29,630 nucleotides of DNA from Promethearchaeia archaeon (GTDB lineage: Archaea; Asgardarchaeota; Lokiarchaeia; Sigyniarchaeales; SOKP01): assembly GCA_046497275.1 (NCBI GenBank), contig JAWOFX010000135.1:1-29630 (forward strand). Direction: 5' to 3'. Of the stretch, positions 26,697-29,630 are shown piece by piece (within the stretch, counting starts at the first letter, position 1; the number at the start of each line of letters is the position of its first letter). The position numbers and the translations under genes were made by a program. The notes under the pieces were generated by a model that was given only the letters and a program-made list of their open reading frames with translations, was not told the DNA's origin and searched no databases.

Positions 26697-27329
26697 AATT
26701 TTCTCACTAAATTATAATTAAACATAGAATTATGAGATAATTAAGTTAACAATAAAACATAAAATTTGATAGTGAATAAAATGCACGATTTTTGAAGAGA
26801 ATTTTCTTGAGAATTTTAAGATTTTAGAATGTATAAATATCGTTGTATAAATACCACGAAATAGCAAAAATGAGGTATCAATAGAATGAGGATAGAGGCG
26901 TTCTTCTCATTTCGAAAATTACGATTTTCTAAAAAGTGGAAAAAGTGAATTTTGGAATGAAAAATAGGTCTTTTTTTGTGGGTATTTTATATTAAGGTTT
27001 TGAATCATTCTAAAAAACACTAAAAATAATCTTCTGAAATCGTCAAATATGAGGATTTTAGATTTTTCTTTCTATTTTGGTATTCATAATTTTAGCATAT
27101 AAGAAATATGAAAAAATGGCAAATAAATAAATGAATGGTTAATGAATTTTGGGAAAAATTTAAATTCTCAGTCCTGTCAAGATACTAATATTTTAATCAA
27201 GAGAGAAGATTATAAAATAAATGGATATAAGCAAGCAACGTAAGAAAAGCCCCAATATTTGATTATTTCTTAAATTTATAAAAAAATATAAAATGATATT
27301 AAGGGAAAAAAAAGATAATTCTGTTAGAT

Positions 27330-27875
27330 TTAAATTAGTACAAAGTTTAATACAATATGAACGGTTATAACAATGTATAATCCACTTATAAGACTTACAT
27401 GTAGCATCCTATTAAAATGAGGGGGTAGTTTTTTATTTTTCGATTTAAAGGGAAAATATCTAAACAAATACCCTGTACCAACAATGAGGGCTACAATAAT
27501 GTAGAGAGCTAATCCCGCCCCTAAATCCGGATAAAATTGTAATGGGCGACTAAGCTGTCCAGCAAAATGGATGGACACGAATAAAAAAGAAGTAGTAAAA
27601 CCATATACATGGATATTCATCAGAATTTTATATCGTTTGGGATAACGGCGTTTTAGATAATAAAATAAAGGTATGAAAACAATAATAAAACCAGCTCCAA
27701 TTATTCCCATCCAATGAGAGAAGCGTAATGCACCGAGGAAAAATCCCGTGTCTATGAAATCGAGAAAAATGAATATCGTAATGATAATGATAATGATGAG
27801 GTAGATTGTTTCTACAATAAATGATTTATTGTAAAATAAACTTTGTTTAGTTTGAGCTTTAGAAGAGGAATCCAT
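27330..27875 (-). CDS. membrane protein, ferric-reductase-like/cytochrome b type
   Basis: About 5 TM helices, two of which carry H-x13-H pairs. Confidence 0.6.
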   Translation of the reverse strand: MDSSSKAQTKQSLFYNKSFIVETIYLIIIIIITIFIFLDFIDTGFFLGALRFSHWMGIIGAGFIIVFIPLFYYLKRRYPKRYKILMNIHVYGFTTSFLFVSIHFAGQLSRPLQFYPDLGAGLALYIIVALIVGTGYLFRYFPFKSKNKKLPPHFNRMLHVSLISGLYIVITVHIVLNFVLI

Positions 27876-28387
27876 ATTGAAGATAAACCAAATTTAGTAT
27901 ATAAATCTTAAAATAATTAATTATTAATTTCATATCATAATATGGTTAAATATAAATTATAATCCTAAGAATAAAGATGTCACAAATTGGAGTGATAATA
28001 TTGCTGAGAATAATAAAATGATTAGAAACGCTGAAAATTATGTATTAATAAAGTCAAAAAATATCAAATTAATTCAAAAATGTATAGATTATGATAATAA
28101 ATGTTTAGAGGTAAAGCATAACATTTATAAAATCATCGAAAATCCTCCACGAGATTAAATTAATATTGAAGATTTAAGGCAAAACCTTACTTTACATGTG
28201 ATAAGTGTAAAATAATTTTTAACACCAAATATGCTTTAAATCAACATCTAAGAGATAAGCATGATATAACATGAAGTTTTATTAAATCATAAATTAATAA
28301 TCAAACCCCCATTTAATAGACTTAATCAAAAGATTTATCTTTTATATAAAACCTTAAAAATTAGTATACAGTTTCAATTTAATTTCC

Positions 28388-29086
28388 ATGCCAAGTTCTA
28401 TTATCTCTCATCAAGCACCTGCGTTATTAATTAAATTAAAATATCCCAAAAAGATTGATGGGACAGCAATTTGTCTCAGTACTATAGTTCCAGATTTCAA
28501 TCTTTTTTTTGGGGCAATATTTTCTTACCAAGTTCGAAGCATAAGCCATTCCCTTTTAGGATTAATAATTTGGACCTTACCATTTACTATTCTTACCACA
28601 ATTATCTTTGCTAAATATATTGGACCTTGGTTTGCGCGATTGGCAAATAAAAGTAATCCAATAGCCAAAATCTTCAATTATTTTGGAGTTGATACTTGGA
28701 GTTATCTCAAAAATAAAAGATTTGATAAAAGATTCTTTATTGTCGCTTCATACTCGGCAATTATTGGCGGATTTACTCATTTACTTCTTGATTTACCTTC
28801 TCATGAATATATTGAGTTGTTTGCTCCGTTTTTTATTCTTGAATCTCCTGATTTTTTATTAATTACTTTAGCGCATCATGGAACATTTACCACGCCTTTT
28901 GGAACTATTGAGGCTACTCTTACAGTTTATCGACTCATATGGATGTTAGAAACTTTGATATTAATCCTTCCGACACTTTATTTTCTTCGATATATTAAAA
29001 AAGAAAATTTAATGGAGGATTGGAATTCTAACGAGGAAGATGTAATTAAGAATGATTCTCTACACCATTCTAAGAAAGATCTTTAA
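28388..29086 (+). CDS. DUF4184-like membrane protein / putative metal-dependent hydrolase
   Basis: SH, VPD, SHS and GGFTHLLLD motifs with several TM segments. Confidence 0.75.
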   Translation: MPSSIISHQAPALLIKLKYPKKIDGTAICLSTIVPDFNLFFGAIFSYQVRSISHSLLGLIIWTLPFTILTTIIFAKYIGPWFARLANKSNPIAKIFNYFGVDTWSYLKNKRFDKRFFIVASYSAIIGGFTHLLLDLPSHEYIELFAPFFILESPDFLLITLAHHGTFTTPFGTIEATLTVYRLIWMLETLILILPTLYFLRYIKKENLMEDWNSNEEDVIKNDSLHHSKKDL

Positions 29087-29232
29087 ATTGTATGGGTCTA
29101 AAATAATAGATTTTAGATGAAATATCCAAAAGGTTTAATTGAATTTCTAAATCGTCACACTCTTCCATTTTTATTTGAATCTCTTTTTTCTCTAATTTAT
29201 AAAACTAAAATGTGCGCAAAATATGAATTTTT

Positions 29233-29630
29233 ATGACTGCCGACAATATTAGTTCAATAACAGAAGAGTTAATTGAGAAGAATTTATTAAATATAAAAAA
29301 TCGTTCTAATAATTTCCATATCATCCCCCCTATTATAGGAATAATTTTATCGGATCAATTTGGAAACACAATTATGGTCTCAGAATATAAATCCAATGGA
29401 AAGGAGAATTACAATCCTATAAAAAAATATTTGTCAGAAGACGATGCAAATTTAATTGATATCGATCTCATTTCTATGTATTTCTCTTCTTTTAAAATGT
29501 TTGCAGGAGAGACAAATATTAAAAATTTATCACATTTGGAAATCCATGGCTCCAATATTAAAGTTCAGATATATTTCAAATTTGAAGATTTTATCATAAT
29601 TATATTTCTAAATTCTAACACGATTTTAGA
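29233..29630 (+). CDS. roadblock/LC7-like protein, 3'-truncated by the window edge (absent from the ORF track)
   Basis: Open frame from ATG 29233 to the end: ...IIGIILSDQFGNTIMV...DLISMYFSSFKMFAGE...LSHLEIHGSNIKVQIYF...FIIIIFLNS. Confidence 0.65.
   Translation, partial: MTADNISSITEELIEKNLLNIKNRSNNFHIIPPIIGIILSDQFGNTIMVSEYKSNGKENYNPIKKYLSEDDANLIDIDLISMYFSSFKMFAGETNIKNLSHLEIHGSNIKVQIYFKFEDFIIIIFLNSNTIL

Noticed and set aside
26697-27329. 633-bp intergenic gap with a weak AATGAG...CTCATT inverted repeat near 26885-26911
   Set aside because: No convincing ORF, GC-rich RNA structure or IS ends. Consistent with ordinary AT-rich spacer or decayed DNA.
27876-28387. 512-bp divergent intergenic region
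   Set aside because: No ORF, repeat array or structured RNA recognisable.

Overview
Very AT-rich archaeal window. Gene content points to an Asgard archaeon, most likely Lokiarchaeia/Promethearchaeota (inference from Rab-like and longin-fused GTPases, longin- and roadblock-like proteins, a Loki-type FWGHCSNLQAW/LRR protein and GGTGA ribosome-binding motifs). Layout: (1) 1-3.5 kb: 5'-truncated Fe-S protein, a coiled-coil + Rab-like GTPase pair and a membrane-anchored DOMON/CBM9-like protein. (2) 3.7-13.8 kb: catabolic block with thiolase, GPH-type MFS transporter, RHH regulator with candidate operators, Cys-type sulfatase, acyl-CoA dehydrogenase, M32 carboxypeptidase and flavodoxin-ferredoxin. 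(3) 13.8-19.2 kb: five unannotated genes with eukaryote-like folds (longin-GTPase-MIT-like, Cys-cluster, HEAT-coiled coil, AbrB-helical, longin-CxxC). (4) 19.5-21.9 kb: TrmJ, DUF998-like and a cyclin/TFIIB-fold protein. (5) 22-26 kb: variable region with a duplicated, partly decayed two-gene module, MNT-HEPN and VapBC toxin-antitoxin pairs and an LRR pseudogene. (6) 26 kb-end: methyltransferase, putative di-heme membrane protein, DUF4184-like protein and a 3'-truncated roadblock-like ORF missing from the ORF track. I found no rRNA, tRNA, CRISPR array, transposase or integrase. All family calls come from motif recognition by eye, not database searches.
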